The position numbers were made by a program, and so were the translations under genes. Positions 28,181-39,073 of a stretch of DNA of 64,000 nt are shown here, one piece after another. Location: the IMG/VR virus record IMGVR_UViG_3300024240_000003. One strand, 5' to 3'. Numbering within the stretch: position 1 is the first letter of the stretch; each line of letters opens with the position of its first letter. Under the pieces are notes generated by a model that saw nothing but the letters and a program-made list of their open reading frames with translations, was not told the origin of the DNA and did no database searches. The DNA is from an uncultured virus (IMG/VR IMGVR_UViG_3300024240_000003). Lineage: Duplodnaviria > Heunggongvirae > Uroviricota > Caudoviricetes.

Positions 28181-29643
28181 TAGTACGCTCCGATTTTTTT
28201 AAGGTATGTTTTTCTTGCACCGCTTATTTTGTCTTTGCTTTTTTCTTTCTGTTTGTAATGTTCAAATGCCATCCTCATTCTTGCGGACTTTTCCGTATTG
28301 TCGTATTTATCGTTCTTGTCAATTTCGTTTAATGCTTCCGAGAAGTAATCTTCTTCCGGATTATCATCCCCGTTGTCAGTGTTTTCCTCGTCATCTCCGG
28401 CATCAAATAAATCATCAGGTATCTTTCCCGTTTCCTCGTATTTCTTAATAGCCGAATGTATTTCATCATCTTCTAAATCAGTATTTTCTTGCATCCATTT
28501 AAAAGCCTTCTCATACGTGTCCTTGTCTTTTTCCTCCCAATCATCCCACTTCTGCCCCGAGTGCGTAAGCCCGAGTTTTGATAACGTTGCTACTGTCTTG
28601 CCTACAATCTGCTGCTCCGGTGTCTTTGTTTTTTTTCCGCCTCTTCGGCTTCTTGATGTTCCTCCAGATAATCTTTTTTCTTTTAATTGCCTGTCCACGT
28701 CTTCGTCTTTTAAACCCTGTTGGTAATCTTCCATCTCCGTAGGCGTTAGCTCTTTTATTAGCTTTTTATTCCATCCATTCTTATCCTGTGCCCACTGACT
28801 CCAGTAATATTTATCTCCTACCTTTTCTACTTCCCAGTTCTTTGGGTCCATCGTTTTATCAGGCTTCCCCGTTCCTAAGTCTATTACTTCATAATTTCCG
28901 TAACTGTCGTGCTTAAGCATTTTATCATTTCCTAAACTTGTGTAACCATATACTGTGGGAGCTTGTGGAGTTATCGTTTCAGACGCTAACCTCTGACTGT
29001 ATAAGTCCATCAGTCTCGTTCCTTCTTTACCCCGTGATATTAACCCCGGCGCTTTTTTGTATAGCATTTCCCTTATAGCATCATTATGCCCCTGTACGTC
29101 AAAGTTTGATTTTTTGAATTGTTCGTAGAAGTCTTTGTCTTCAGGAGTGAATCCTGCTTTTTCGTATACCTTCCCGCTTAATTCTTCCGGAGTGAGCGGT
29201 ACCTGTCTTTGTTTTAAAAATCCGGAATTTATTAACTCCTGCTTGTGCTCCGGATTGCTTTCAATATAATCTCTTAAGTTCTGTGGGGTTTCTTCCGGCT
29301 TTTCTTGCTTTGTTTTGTCGACGTATTCATTGTATTTTTTATATGCATTCGTGCTCATGAAGTTGTTTAAATTATTCGGGTCTTCCATATCCACGTAGTC
29401 ATATTGTCCTTCTACAGGTTTCATCATTTCGGTCTTGTCGAGGTTTGTACCTTTGTATCTGCTGTTTAATGCCATGAACTTATTATATTGCTTCCTCTGC
29501 CCACTGTACTTACCAACCTCTTTCATAGCTTCGTTATAGCTTGTCTTTTTTATAACGTCATCTAAGTTGCCGAGTATGTTTTCAATCAGCGGTTGATTTC
29601 GTATTACCTCATCGTCAAAATATCCAATTCTTCTCTCTGGCAT
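28180..29643 (-). CDS. Putative internal virion/ejection protein
   Basis: Hydrophilic 487 aa between the tail gene and the giant gene. Confidence 0.55.
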   Translation of the reverse strand: MPERRIGYFDDEVIRNQPLIENILGNLDDVIKKTSYNEAMKEVGKYSGQRKQYNKFMALNSRYKGTNLDKTEMMKPVEGQYDYVDMEDPNNLNNFMSTNAYKKYNEYVDKTKQEKPEETPQNLRDYIESNPEHKQELINSGFLKQRQVPLTPEELSGKVYEKAGFTPEDKDFYEQFKKSNFDVQGHNDAIREMLYKKAPGLISRGKEGTRLMDLYSQRLASETITPQAPTVYGYTSLGNDKMLKHDSYGNYEVIDLGTGKPDKTMDPKNWEVEKVGDKYYWSQWAQDKNGWNKKLIKELTPTEMEDYQQGLKDEDVDRQLKEKRLSGGTSRSRRGGKKTKTPEQQIVGKTVATLSKLGLTHSGQKWDDWEEKDKDTYEKAFKWMQENTDLEDDEIHSAIKKYEETGKIPDDLFDAGDDEENTDNGDDNPEEDYFSEALNEIDKNDKYDNTEKSARMRMAFEHYKQKEKSKDKISGARKTYLKKIGAY

Positions 29644-29663
29644 TTTTATTGTGATTTTTTTAT

Positions 29664-30305
29664 TTAATATCCGAATTTGAATCTGAATCCGGGCTCTTCA
29701 TCTGAATCGTTCATATCAAGTATATCGTCCATAAAATATGTTTTCTTCTTTTGCGTGTCTTTTTTTGTGGTCTTTGTTTTGTCACCTATACCTGTTCCGC
29801 CGGATTTATTACCTTTATCGTCCCCTCCTATCTGAGTAAGCATATTCGCTACACTCGAGCCTACAGAAGCTCCGGTAAATGCTCCCTGACCAAATCTTTC
29901 AAGTCCGCTGCTTGTGTTTGTACCCAAAACCGACTGCATATACACATCATCCAGTTGAGCAAGTTCCCTGTTCTTTGCCGCATCAAGGTCGTCGAGCGAG
30001 CCGTATAATGATTCGTCTAATCCTTCAACGGCATTGTAATTCAGCCCTCCCGGACTTACCACTCCCATTTCAGCCGCTCTCTGCGATGCTCCCCGAAGTT
30101 TCCCGCTCTTTTGAGTTTGATTTACGGTCATTAAATCCCTTTTCTTTTTAGTATAATCCGTGTTGATTTCGTTTTTCCGCTTGTCAATCAACGCTTTTAT
30201 TTCATCTATTTTCTTTTGCTCAGGGTCACCGCCAAGCCAGTCCGTTAAGCCTCCGAGAAGTGCGGAACCGCCTGTCATAAGTAATGCATCGTCAATTCCA
30301 AACAT
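29664..30305 (-). CDS. Putative ejection/pilot protein
   Basis: Gly-rich hydrophobic N-terminus, coiled coil, GAFTGASVG segment typical of podovirus ejection proteins. Confidence 0.6.
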   Translation of the reverse strand: MFGIDDALLMTGGSALLGGLTDWLGGDPEQKKIDEIKALIDKRKNEINTDYTKKKRDLMTVNQTQKSGKLRGASQRAAEMGVVSPGGLNYNAVEGLDESLYGSLDDLDAAKNRELAQLDDVYMQSVLGTNTSSGLERFGQGAFTGASVGSSVANMLTQIGGDDKGNKSGGTGIGDKTKTTKKDTQKKKTYFMDDILDMNDSDEEPGFRFKFGY

Positions 30306-30318
30306 GCCCTTTTCTCCC

Positions 30319-33153
30319 TTATTTAAATAATTTAAATAATAAATTTAGAAATTCTATCTTGAATGTCTTTATATTGTCCACTGTAGAAGCATCTGACTCA
30401 ATTGAAAAGTTTAAAAATTTGTTCGGTGTCCTTGTAGTGAATCCATATATTTTTTTAAATGGATTATTGTCTATCTGCTCTGTGGTTGTTAATAAATCGT
30501 CATCATCGGTTTCACTCCCCACTTTTATCTTTATATTTCCCGTAAGCCCGCTTCCCGTCTTTAATGTCATTACAGAGGCTATGTCTATCCTGTCCATTAC
30601 CTTCCAGAGAAGTGGCTGCTTCATGTTCAAAATTGTCGAGTACCCGAATGCTATCGCCGTACTTGCTTTGTCTTCGTATAGTCCTTCCCTGTCTTCTGTC
30701 ATCCTGTATATATTTGTGCCGTCGGAAAAGGTTATCCTGCCGGAAGAGTCGTGATGAAACATCTTTGGAACGTCGCTGAAATCGTATATCTTCCAGTGCC
30801 CGTAAATAAATGAGTATATGAATATATGGTTGCAAACCGGCAGGTAAAACCACATTTCTTTTTTAAGTGGAAAATAACCCGATATTAAACCCGTCTTGTC
30901 AAGGCTCTGGTAATAGTTCAGCCAGATGCTTTCTTTCTTTTCTTCGTTGAATAATAGGTTTACCGGTTTGTTTTTGTCAAATAAATATATTGAGTTGTTA
31001 TTTGCAAATCCTATTCCTCCGAATTCTTTCGCTCCGAATTCCCAGCTCGCCGTTCCCATCGCTGCGTTTTCTACGAAGGTTAATTTCACAATCGCATCTT
31101 TCGATAGTGCCCCGTAATCGTTGAATGTCCCGATTTCATCAATTACAAATAGTTCCATATCACTTACGTTCATCCATCTGCACATTGTCGATGTGAACAC
31201 AATGAATTGATATTCTACAATCGGTATCGCTTCTATTATCTCGTCTTTGACTACCGATAGTATCCTTTCCGTACTGAATACCGAACGGCAATTCGCAACG
31301 TCTACTCCTGTATGCTGTATGTTCGATATCGCTATCGCTGTCGAACCTGTGATTCCTGTCTTCTTTCCGTTCTGCTCTGAATCCGCATTGATAATCGTAT
31401 CTGATACTCCATATACAAGGGTGTTCCTGCTTCCAAATTCAAACCCTCCCTTGCATTCCATCCTTTGCGTCTTCCAGTACATCGAGTTCAAATAATAATT
31501 CAGGGATATCGCAGCCTGCTCCGCTCCTATAATCCCGCCCGTGTCACTCCATCTCCAGTATTCGTCCAATAAATATCCGCATCCATCAGCCTCACTTACA
31601 CATTTTAGCTTACTTAATACAATATAACCCGGGTATGTATCCGCCAGTAAAAATACAGGCGGTATGTCCCTGTTTTCGGATGCTATTAATCGAAATTCTA
31701 TATCCGCTTGTTTGTAAGCGCCGAAGAATAATAGTATTGCTGTTATTCTTCTGTTTAAATGCTTTCTTAAAAATATCTTGTTTTCTACAAATCTGGATGA
31801 GGAGTAACTTACTATGTTCTTTACAAATATCGTCTGGAATCCGTCAAGCTCTACGCATAATGAGTATATATTATAATCTTTTTCTCCCGGCGTGCAGTCG
31901 TATAGCCAGCTCTTTATTCCCAAACCGAGCTCAGGTATTTCCTCCGTCTTTGCATGTGCTTCACCCGATAAATCTGTGGGTACGAAGCTTATCCAGTTCC
32001 CTTTGTTGCCGCATTCAACTATGTCAAAATCAAAATAAAATCCAAACCAGTTCGGCTGTATGGCGTCTGTAAATGTAATATGCACATACTCATCATCATG
32101 CCACCCGCCAGTATAGCTTATTTTAAATTCTATAGAACCGTAGTTTATTTCGTAGAAATGTGTAAGATTCCCATCCATTGTTGTATAAGCCAGAAAAACG
32201 GACCATACCACATTATCAAAAGAATATCGAAACTGAACTGTCGAAGCTGCAACATCGCACATTATATACAAATTTGTCGGATAGTCTCCCCCTACAATGT
32301 TTATCTCACTAAGCCAATCCGCATGTGTTGGCTCACTGAAGGAGTAGGTAGGCAACCTCGCTTCAAATATTTCTCTTGCTTCGATAAATTGCACGTTCAT
32401 TATTCTTGCTCCGGATTGATATATATTTAATCCGTTTGCAAATTCAGAGAAGCTGTATGTTTTTGTTATATCGAGGAAAGATGCCGCATTTAAAAGCCCC
32501 GCCGGGAATCTTGATACCAAAACATCGGTTAGTAATGCGTAAGGCTCTATGTCAAAATAGCTGTATCCGCCGGAAGATACGCTGTCATTTACAAATCTGC
32601 TTATAGTCGCTCCCGAATCCGAAGATGCACTCCAGCCTTTAAAATAATGGTCTGCCCACACTCCTGCTGCCCTGTAATAGTAATCTTTCCCGCCTATCAC
32701 CCATGGCTCTCCGCTGTGTGCCCAGTCCAGAGGTCCCAGCGTCTCTGTCAACTCTACAAGGTCATCATTAAAACCTGCTCTCTCTCCGTAATAGTTATCA
32801 TACGTGCTGTCGGGAGAGTAATATCCTTTCATGTAGATCCTGATTTTGTTGGCTCCCGGAGTTTTATCTTTAACGATTATTAATATGCATTCCTTCGAAT
32901 TCCCGTTATTATCCGAAAATTTTTTCTGGTAGTATGCAACCACTTCGTATAGGAATGAGAAAGTTGGAATGTTGCTTTCGTTTAATATATAAGGATTTCT
33001 TCGCCTGTCACCGTCGTTCCCAAAGTCCATATTCTTGCCTCCCGATATGGCAGCAAGGGGAAAAGTCCTCTTGTCAACATCTCCATCCATCGTACTTTTA
33101 AATCCAAGTAGATGCGGACCAATAGTAATATTGTCTGCTTTAAATCCTTTCAT
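30319..33153 (-). CDS. Tail tubular/nozzle (stabilisation) protein
   Basis: ~944 aa beta-rich; GYFP...EMWF...IYSF...WK propeller motif; start coupled by TAATG to the upstream gene. Confidence 0.65.
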   Translation of the reverse strand: MKGFKADNITIGPHLLGFKSTMDGDVDKRTFPLAAISGGKNMDFGNDGDRRRNPYILNESNIPTFSFLYEVVAYYQKKFSDNNGNSKECILIIVKDKTPGANKIRIYMKGYYSPDSTYDNYYGERAGFNDDLVELTETLGPLDWAHSGEPWVIGGKDYYYRAAGVWADHYFKGWSASSDSGATISRFVNDSVSSGGYSYFDIEPYALLTDVLVSRFPAGLLNAASFLDITKTYSFSEFANGLNIYQSGARIMNVQFIEAREIFEARLPTYSFSEPTHADWLSEINIVGGDYPTNLYIMCDVAASTVQFRYSFDNVVWSVFLAYTTMDGNLTHFYEINYGSIEFKISYTGGWHDDEYVHITFTDAIQPNWFGFYFDFDIVECGNKGNWISFVPTDLSGEAHAKTEEIPELGLGIKSWLYDCTPGEKDYNIYSLCVELDGFQTIFVKNIVSYSSSRFVENKIFLRKHLNRRITAILLFFGAYKQADIEFRLIASENRDIPPVFLLADTYPGYIVLSKLKCVSEADGCGYLLDEYWRWSDTGGIIGAEQAAISLNYYLNSMYWKTQRMECKGGFEFGSRNTLVYGVSDTIINADSEQNGKKTGITGSTAIAISNIQHTGVDVANCRSVFSTERILSVVKDEIIEAIPIVEYQFIVFTSTMCRWMNVSDMELFVIDEIGTFNDYGALSKDAIVKLTFVENAAMGTASWEFGAKEFGGIGFANNNSIYLFDKNKPVNLLFNEEKKESIWLNYYQSLDKTGLISGYFPLKKEMWFYLPVCNHIFIYSFIYGHWKIYDFSDVPKMFHHDSSGRITFSDGTNIYRMTEDREGLYEDKASTAIAFGYSTILNMKQPLLWKVMDRIDIASVMTLKTGSGLTGNIKIKVGSETDDDDLLTTTEQIDNNPFKKIYGFTTRTPNKFLNFSIESDASTVDNIKTFKIEFLNLLFKLFK

Positions 33154-33704
33154 TATTGTGTTTGTATCATTCCTTCCGCTATTTTTACTGCCTCTTGTAA
33201 AATAATTGACCTCATGTATGTCTTTTCCGGTATGTCTGTCCCGCTTCCTGTGTAGGTCACTTCCACCGGACATCTTATGTATAGAGCCGTTACTGTCGTC
33301 GGCTGTGAACTTAATTTCGAAAAATATAATGCATTTCCAATCTGCTCGAATCCGTTGAAGTTGCTGTAATTCCCTCTCGCCGTTATGAACTTACCTACCG
33401 GTATGGGCTCGTATGTTACATTGCTTACTGTGGCTTTGAGTACTACATGAACACTGTCATCAAGCGCCGCGGCAGTCTGTGATGTGTATATCAAATAATC
33501 CGGGAATAGTTCTGCAAATTTATGCGGGTCCTGTATCTGTGCATAAATAGAGAGAAATGCATTGTACCTGCCTCTCGTTATGGCTTCGCTCCTCTGTACA
33601 AACGTGAGTCTCTTTCCGTCTGTCGTGGCAGTCGCAACATCATCGCTCATCTCGTGCGCCAATGCTAAATGCAGAGCCGCTAATTTTGGTTGTGTTTCCG
33701 GCAT
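33153..33704 (-). CDS. Putative head-tail adaptor
   Basis: Position and Y...P.....D.P C-terminal adaptor-like motif. Confidence 0.5.
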   Translation of the reverse strand: MPETQPKLAALHLALAHEMSDDVATATTDGKRLTFVQRSEAITRGRYNAFLSIYAQIQDPHKFAELFPDYLIYTSQTAAALDDSVHVVLKATVSNVTYEPIPVGKFITARGNYSNFNGFEQIGNALYFSKLSSQPTTVTALYIRCPVEVTYTGSGTDIPEKTYMRSIILQEAVKIAEGMIQTQ

Positions 33705-33710
33705 AGTGTT

Positions 33711-34691
33711 TTATCCTTTATCGCCTCTGTCCTGCATCAGGGCAAGGTATTCTTCGTCAGAGGCTTTCTTCATCGCCGCAAGCTGAGTTTCGGCACTCTT
33801 GAGTTCGGTTGGTATCGGAACTTTCAAAGTATGCAAGCCGTCGAGCATGCAGAGTTTTGTAAGTAAATCATCGTATGAGTCAGGAATATCGAGTAAATCA
33901 GCAAGCACTAATGAAGGATATGGGTTTCTTGAAAAATATGCTGTCCTTACTCCGTAACTGCTTACAGATGCTCCTTTGTCGAAATATAAATATTCACCGT
34001 CCCGGGTCCAGATAATCTGAAATTTTGCATTGTATGGAAGGCTCTTTTGTATTCCCCTGTAATCTGAAATTGTTTCACACTTCCTGCATTCATCATTTAT
34101 GGCTGTGGAATATATAGAAAGTATCTGGTCTATGTATTTGTAACTCGATAAGCCTCCTAAGTATATACTGTCGGAAGTCAGCCCAACCATAACCAGTATA
34201 TCAAATAAAGAGATATCGTCATCCGGCGTTGTCTCCGGGAATAAATCCCTGTCAAGTATTACCGCAGTCGCACTGCTGCTTGCTGCCACTTTAGCTATCC
34301 TGAAGTATTCTCCGCCATTTTCCGCTTTTAATATTACAGTTGAACCTATCGGAATTGCATTTGCTGTTGCGATGTGAGGAGAATTATTTCCGGAGAATGC
34401 ACCGCTTGAAAAGGTAAGTAGCTTGGTTGATTTTTTGAATTTCGGCTTACTGCTCCCGCTGTCATAAAAATCTATAACTCCATCCTGTCCCGTTGAGGAA
34501 TCTGTTAGTACCTCCCTGTCACGATATATAGCTCTGTCGGCAATACCGAGAGCCGCATGAATTGAAGATATTTTGTCATTTACAATCTCCAGCCAAAGGC
34601 CGTCGGTTAATTCTTTCGAAACATAACTTTTCAATCTATCGGTTATATTTGCTATTAACTGCCCGGTTATTTTTGTTCCTAATCTTACCAT
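33711..34691 (-). CDS. Putative adaptor/tail structural protein
   Basis: YFSRNP...DLLDIPDSYDDLL adaptor-like C-terminus. Confidence 0.5.
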   Translation of the reverse strand: MVRLGTKITGQLIANITDRLKSYVSKELTDGLWLEIVNDKISSIHAALGIADRAIYRDREVLTDSSTGQDGVIDFYDSGSSKPKFKKSTKLLTFSSGAFSGNNSPHIATANAIPIGSTVILKAENGGEYFRIAKVAASSSATAVILDRDLFPETTPDDDISLFDILVMVGLTSDSIYLGGLSSYKYIDQILSIYSTAINDECRKCETISDYRGIQKSLPYNAKFQIIWTRDGEYLYFDKGASVSSYGVRTAYFSRNPYPSLVLADLLDIPDSYDDLLTKLCMLDGLHTLKVPIPTELKSAETQLAAMKKASDEEYLALMQDRGDKG

Positions 34692-34716
34692 CTTTTTAAA
34701 GTTTTAAGTTTTAAAA

Positions 34717-35340
34717 TTAAAATTGCATTCTTCCAAGCACATTTCCACTCCCGCTTGTGAATCTGGATTTCCTTCTGATACTGTTTGCGTGCTCTTCCAC
34801 TGCCTTTTTGATATCTTCAATCTTGTCAAACCTGTTTGAGCGCGGGTCCCTGAATTTGGAAAGTACCGCATCGATGAGTTTGTTGTTATAATATTCATTC
34901 CCGCTTGTAAAATCTTCTATCACAGGATCTTCATCTTCATCAATCTTCCCCGTGGGAATCACGTAACATCTTGCATATATAAGATCACCTTCTACGGGAT
35001 TATCAAAAAGTACAAGTTTGTCCCGCCTTTCATCATATTTTCCGCGGTATATGTGATGTGCGTTGCTCTCGCCAGGCTCGAGTTTGTATATGGTTTTTGC
35101 TTTTACCTTGAGTGTTGTTGTCTGGTCCCCGAATGATAAGCTGTATTCCTTTACCCCTGTAAGTAGATTTATAGTCGCATCCATAGCAGTTGTATCATAA
35201 TTTGTCATGAATTCAACCTGGTATGCTGAAAGCCATCTGTATACAATACCTCTGTTCTTGATGATTTTCTTTGCGTTGTCATCAAGTTCGTCGAGTATCT
35301 TAGATACCATTTCTTGAGATTTTGCACCTGCTGTCGGCAT
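34717..35340 (-). CDS. Putative head-tail adaptor
   Basis: GVKEYSL motif; position downstream of the capsid gene. Confidence 0.5.
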   Translation of the reverse strand: MPTAGAKSQEMVSKILDELDDNAKKIIKNRGIVYRWLSAYQVEFMTNYDTTAMDATINLLTGVKEYSLSFGDQTTTLKVKAKTIYKLEPGESNAHHIYRGKYDERRDKLVLFDNPVEGDLIYARCYVIPTGKIDEDEDPVIEDFTSGNEYYNNKLIDAVLSKFRDPRSNRFDKIEDIKKAVEEHANSIRRKSRFTSGSGNVLGRMQF

Positions 35341-35444
35341 TTTTTAAACTCCGCTTTTTTTGTTTGTTTAAAACACTCTAAGGATGAACAGGCAGGCAAG
35401 GGGAAGCATGCCCACCCGTATCATCCTTAAAGCAGAATTTAAAA

Positions 35445-36536
35445 TTAACCGGTCTTAATTGAACTTGTTTTGTCCCCGCCGGGGTATCTTACAAATCCAA
35501 TCCAGTCCGCAGAGCTTCCCACGCCGAAAGCCACATAGAACATTCCTGTTTCTGCAGTTGTGTCTACGTATATATCACCTATCTTCCCTGGTGTGGTCCC
35601 TGGTGCTCCCGCTCCGGAGGAGATAGACGGTACTTGTGATGCGAGCGGTAATTGATACCAGTCACCAACAGCAGATGTCCCTATCGATACGTATAGCTTT
35701 ACCGTAGGAGGTGTTACGTCACCGCCCAGAGCCGGTGTACTGACGTAAACATAAATCATTCCCGTTGTTGGCGGAGCTACAGCTACATCACTGCTGCTTA
35801 CTATGACGTTAGCTATTTCTGTCCAGTTACCCGCACTTGTGCCCGTTGACCTGTATGCTTTGTTAGCTACAGTGTCAATATATATATTCCCTACCTTCGC
35901 CGGTGTAACTGCTACAGGTGCCACAGTACCCGTAACGAGCGTAGGTGCTTTGGCTTTAACAAATGTCCCAACCGCCTTCTGCGTAGGAACTTCAAGATCC
36001 GAGTCATCCGCAAACGTCCCGTCAGTCGAGTAGGTTTTGTAGCCTTGCTGAATAATGTTCCAGTTTGCCCCTACAGCCGCTTTTGTGCCTGCTACGGAGC
36101 CGTCCACGGTACACATCAACATATCACCCACCTCTACAGGATCTCCCGATGCTCCGCCGATCTTTCCGGCTACGGATACCTTGTATAGATGCCCTGCATC
36201 TGCCGCCGGGTAGTTTGGATTTGTCCTGCAATCAATAACTCCTTTGTAGTTAGCAAGGTCGGTTTCAAGTGTGGTTATTACGTGAACATTCCCGTCAGAG
36301 TCTTTGAATTTAAAGTCATTAGTGTCTTTATCTTCAAATATGCATCCATCCGGCGCCGTTTCATCTGTTATAGCTTTATGTACAAATCCGTATCCGTCTG
36401 CATTATGCCCGAACATTGTTTCGAGTTCTTCTTCCGTTGTGCCCGGCGTTCCGCCAAGCCACCTGTACAGATTCTCAGGCATTCCAACAAATATTTTTAA
36501 CGCTAATTCTTTCAGTGTCATTTTTTTTCCTTTCAT
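35445..36536 (-). CDS. Virion fibre/decoration protein
   Basis: Repeated G..AP..TP.K.GDIY.DT units; YKVSVAG...VGD..I motif. Confidence 0.6.
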   Translation of the reverse strand: MKGKKMTLKELALKIFVGMPENLYRWLGGTPGTTEEELETMFGHNADGYGFVHKAITDETAPDGCIFEDKDTNDFKFKDSDGNVHVITTLETDLANYKGVIDCRTNPNYPAADAGHLYKVSVAGKIGGASGDPVEVGDMLMCTVDGSVAGTKAAVGANWNIIQQGYKTYSTDGTFADDSDLEVPTQKAVGTFVKAKAPTLVTGTVAPVAVTPAKVGNIYIDTVANKAYRSTGTSAGNWTEIANVIVSSSDVAVAPPTTGMIYVYVSTPALGGDVTPPTVKLYVSIGTSAVGDWYQLPLASQVPSISSGAGAPGTTPGKIGDIYVDTTAETGMFYVAFGVGSSADWIGFVRYPGGDKTSSIKTG

Positions 36537-36577
36537 TTCATAGCTTCTCGCTATGATTATGAATTTAAAAAATTGTT

Positions 36578-37201
36578 TTAATCTTTAATACCGTAAGCGT
36601 CTTTAAGCTTTTTGTAGAGTAAATATTTCGGAGCTTTCGCGCTTACTTTTATTCCAAATTTCTTATCGAGCGTCTCTGCAATATCCTCAGACTTTAGCTC
36701 ATTCATCGGAGGAAGTACCATCTTTTCACTCACCTTTTCTTTTCCTGCAGACTGGTTACTTCTGGCTTCATCTCCGCTTATCTTGAATTCCAGCATTTCA
36801 AATATGTTCGTTTTTACATTGTTCCAGTCTTCTTCGCTAAAGGCTTCGTCAAGTTGAATGAGTTCGTCTTTAGTGAAGAACTTGTCAAACGGATTAGGCT
36901 TTAAGTTTTTCCGGATTTCCTCTTTTATTGCTGCCGTTTCTTCAACGTTGGTCTCTACAAAGGGATATATAATCCCGTTTTTGTAAAAACTGCTTTTAAG
37001 AATCGTCTGCTTTTCCTTGTCTGTCTTGCAAAAAATGTATCCGTTCGCTACTTTAAATGGTCCGAAGAATCCGCTCTTTTGCTTCGAACATACAAATATT
37101 CCGTCTTTTATTGTGTCCGGAGGTACCCAGCTTTCATTTGCCCTCTGCTTCTCAATAAATTTCTCCCGCTTTTTTTCGAGAGAGTCTTCTTTTTTCCCCA
37201 T
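36578..37201 (-). CDS. Hypothetical protein (paralog of 37241..37477)
   Basis: Shares C..QKSG..G.F...N motif with its neighbour. Confidence 0.6.
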   Translation of the reverse strand: MGKKEDSLEKKREKFIEKQRANESWVPPDTIKDGIFVCSKQKSGFFGPFKVANGYIFCKTDKEKQTILKSSFYKNGIIYPFVETNVEETAAIKEEIRKNLKPNPFDKFFTKDELIQLDEAFSEEDWNNVKTNIFEMLEFKISGDEARSNQSAGKEKVSEKMVLPPMNELKSEDIAETLDKKFGIKVSAKAPKYLLYKKLKDAYGIKD

Positions 37202-37240
37202 TGCTTTAAGGTTTTAATTTTTAAAAAATTTGTTTAACAT

Positions 37241-37477
37241 CTATTTCTTTTCGTCCTGTATTAACTCAAATTCAACCTCGTAAAACTTTTTGTTGAATAG
37301 TGTGGATGATTCTATCTTTTTTACATCATCCTGAGTCCGCGCTAATATCAAATGGTTTTCAATCGGGAAGCTTCCCATTAATCCCGATTTTTGCGAAGGA
37401 CATCTGTAAACTTTTGTTACTCCCTTCGGAGCAAATATCTTTTCTTTAGCCAACTTCGTATTCTTTATTGTTATCAA
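37241..37477 (-). CDS. Hypothetical protein (paralog of 36578..37201)
   Basis: CPSQKSGLMGSFPIEN; TTG start uncertain. Confidence 0.55.
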   Translation of the reverse strand: MITIKNTKLAKEKIFAPKGVTKVYRCPSQKSGLMGSFPIENHLILARTQDDVKKIESSTLFNKKFYEVEFELIQDEKK

Positions 37478-37481
37478 AATT

Positions 37482-37506
37482 CCCTGCCGTTGAATAAGCG
37501 GCAGGG
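37482..37506 (-). terminator. Hairpin after the capsid gene
   Basis: CCCTGCCG...CGGCAGGG stem. Confidence 0.55.
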
Positions 37507-37527
37507 TTAAATTCTAATGCGTATCTT

Positions 37528-38973
37528 TTATGACACAAACACAGGTTCTGCCGGATAAAATAATCCATGGTATGGTGTTGCCGCATTGTGTAATAAGTAG
37601 CTCCATGTACCTCTGAATTCGTCTTTATATCCCGTAAAGTCCGTTTCCTGTATGTTTGTAAAGAGTGAATCCGGTTCCAGTACGTAAGGCTGAATCATAG
37701 GCCATGTCAGCGCCATGCAGTATGGCTGGTACCTGTTGTTGTAGAGTTCCGATATGCTTCTGTGGACAATCATATCCATTGTTGCAGTGCCTACCATAGC
37801 ATCAAGATGAATAGTCCTTACTCCGGGAATTCCAATTTTGTCGTTATCTTCAATCTTAATTCCGGGATGACGTACCTTTAATTGTGTTAGATATCTTACA
37901 AATGCCTGATTGCATACTCCTAATCTTCTCTTTGCCTGGTCGGATAGTCCCGGGTCATACAAGCTCCAGAGCCAGTATTCCAGTGCAGTGTAAAACGCAT
38001 CGTCCCTGATGTCGTTTTCGTATGCTTTTATTGCCGGTCCGCCACCGTTGAGTAACCAGTATTCTAACCCTTTTCCTTTTACCATTACTTCAGATGGTCC
38101 GAGTGGAATAACATTCGGATCGGAAGAGTATTCAACTTTATGTACATATTCATTGCCGCCCCAGATGATTTCCTTGTCCTTAAGCTCGAGGAATGCAGAC
38201 TGTGCATCTTCGTTCTTTTCCATCTTTTTGGTCTTTGGCTCTGTGAAGAGTTTCATTCTCTTTTCAGTGTTGTCACCTTCATAAGGCCATTTCGAATATG
38301 TTACAAAGTTGTTGATTACAAATGGATGCCATGACACCGAAGTTACGCTTCTCGTCGCAGGTCCGAATATAGCGGATAAACAGTTCATTACAATTCCGCT
38401 TGCAACGGTATCTCCATTTTTGGAGTCTGTTCCAGTATATCCTACTCCAATTAGTAATTCCGGATTAATTGCTTTTACTTTTATGGTCGTTCTTGTTGTA
38501 CTTACTTTGTCGGATACATATACATCTCTTGTGTATAATTCCCCGTGATGGCTCAGGTCAGCATTGTAAAGGAGTTGTATATGCTGATTCTTAATCATGT
38601 TGTTCTTTTCATCGACTGCAAGCGTCAGTATCACTTCACCACCGGCTTCGGATGGAATCTGAGAAGCAAATGATGCTGTCGTTACGTGAACTGTCTTTAT
38701 TCGCTTTTTGTCGAATCCTCTTACTTCATCACTTTCAAGCTGTTTGTATTTTAATTTTTGAAGGAGTGAATGGATTGGTGCAAATTTCTCTTTGTTGTCG
38801 TATATCTTTTTGTCGTACGTAACCTGTATTTGCTGTGGTCCGTACACACCTGTTGTTGTAGCTCCTTCATAACTTATTGTATATTCAGGCGCATCTACAC
38901 CGCAGACTAATTTGTCGCTGAATATATAAAGAAGTGTGAAAATCGCTAAGAATAGAGATTTTAATTTTGTCAT
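37528..38973 (-). CDS. Major capsid protein
   Basis: 481 aa directly after the scaffold; N..T..K, KEIIWG, GLEYWL and D.TGYKDEF motifs seen in HK97-fold capsids. Confidence 0.7.
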   Translation of the reverse strand: MTKLKSLFLAIFTLLYIFSDKLVCGVDAPEYTISYEGATTTGVYGPQQIQVTYDKKIYDNKEKFAPIHSLLQKLKYKQLESDEVRGFDKKRIKTVHVTTASFASQIPSEAGGEVILTLAVDEKNNMIKNQHIQLLYNADLSHHGELYTRDVYVSDKVSTTRTTIKVKAINPELLIGVGYTGTDSKNGDTVASGIVMNCLSAIFGPATRSVTSVSWHPFVINNFVTYSKWPYEGDNTEKRMKLFTEPKTKKMEKNEDAQSAFLELKDKEIIWGGNEYVHKVEYSSDPNVIPLGPSEVMVKGKGLEYWLLNGGGPAIKAYENDIRDDAFYTALEYWLWSLYDPGLSDQAKRRLGVCNQAFVRYLTQLKVRHPGIKIEDNDKIGIPGVRTIHLDAMVGTATMDMIVHRSISELYNNRYQPYCMALTWPMIQPYVLEPDSLFTNIQETDFTGYKDEFRGTWSYLLHNAATPYHGLFYPAEPVFVS

Positions 38974-39073
38974 AGGTCTTCTAAAGAAATTAATTTTTTA
39001 TAATTTTGTTAATTAATCTCCCGAAAAGATATCCTCTGACTGTTGTGAACTCACATTAGAGTAGGCTTCCCGT

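Noticed and set aside
14160..28448. Many + strand Ser/Phe/Leu-rich ORFs opposite the giant gene
   Set aside because: Typical antisense shadows of Lys/Glu-rich coding sequence without RBS or recognisable motifs
33154..33273. N-terminal extension of the 984-aa ORF
   Set aside because: Overlaps the upstream adaptor gene; the TAATG-coupled start at 33153 is more plausible
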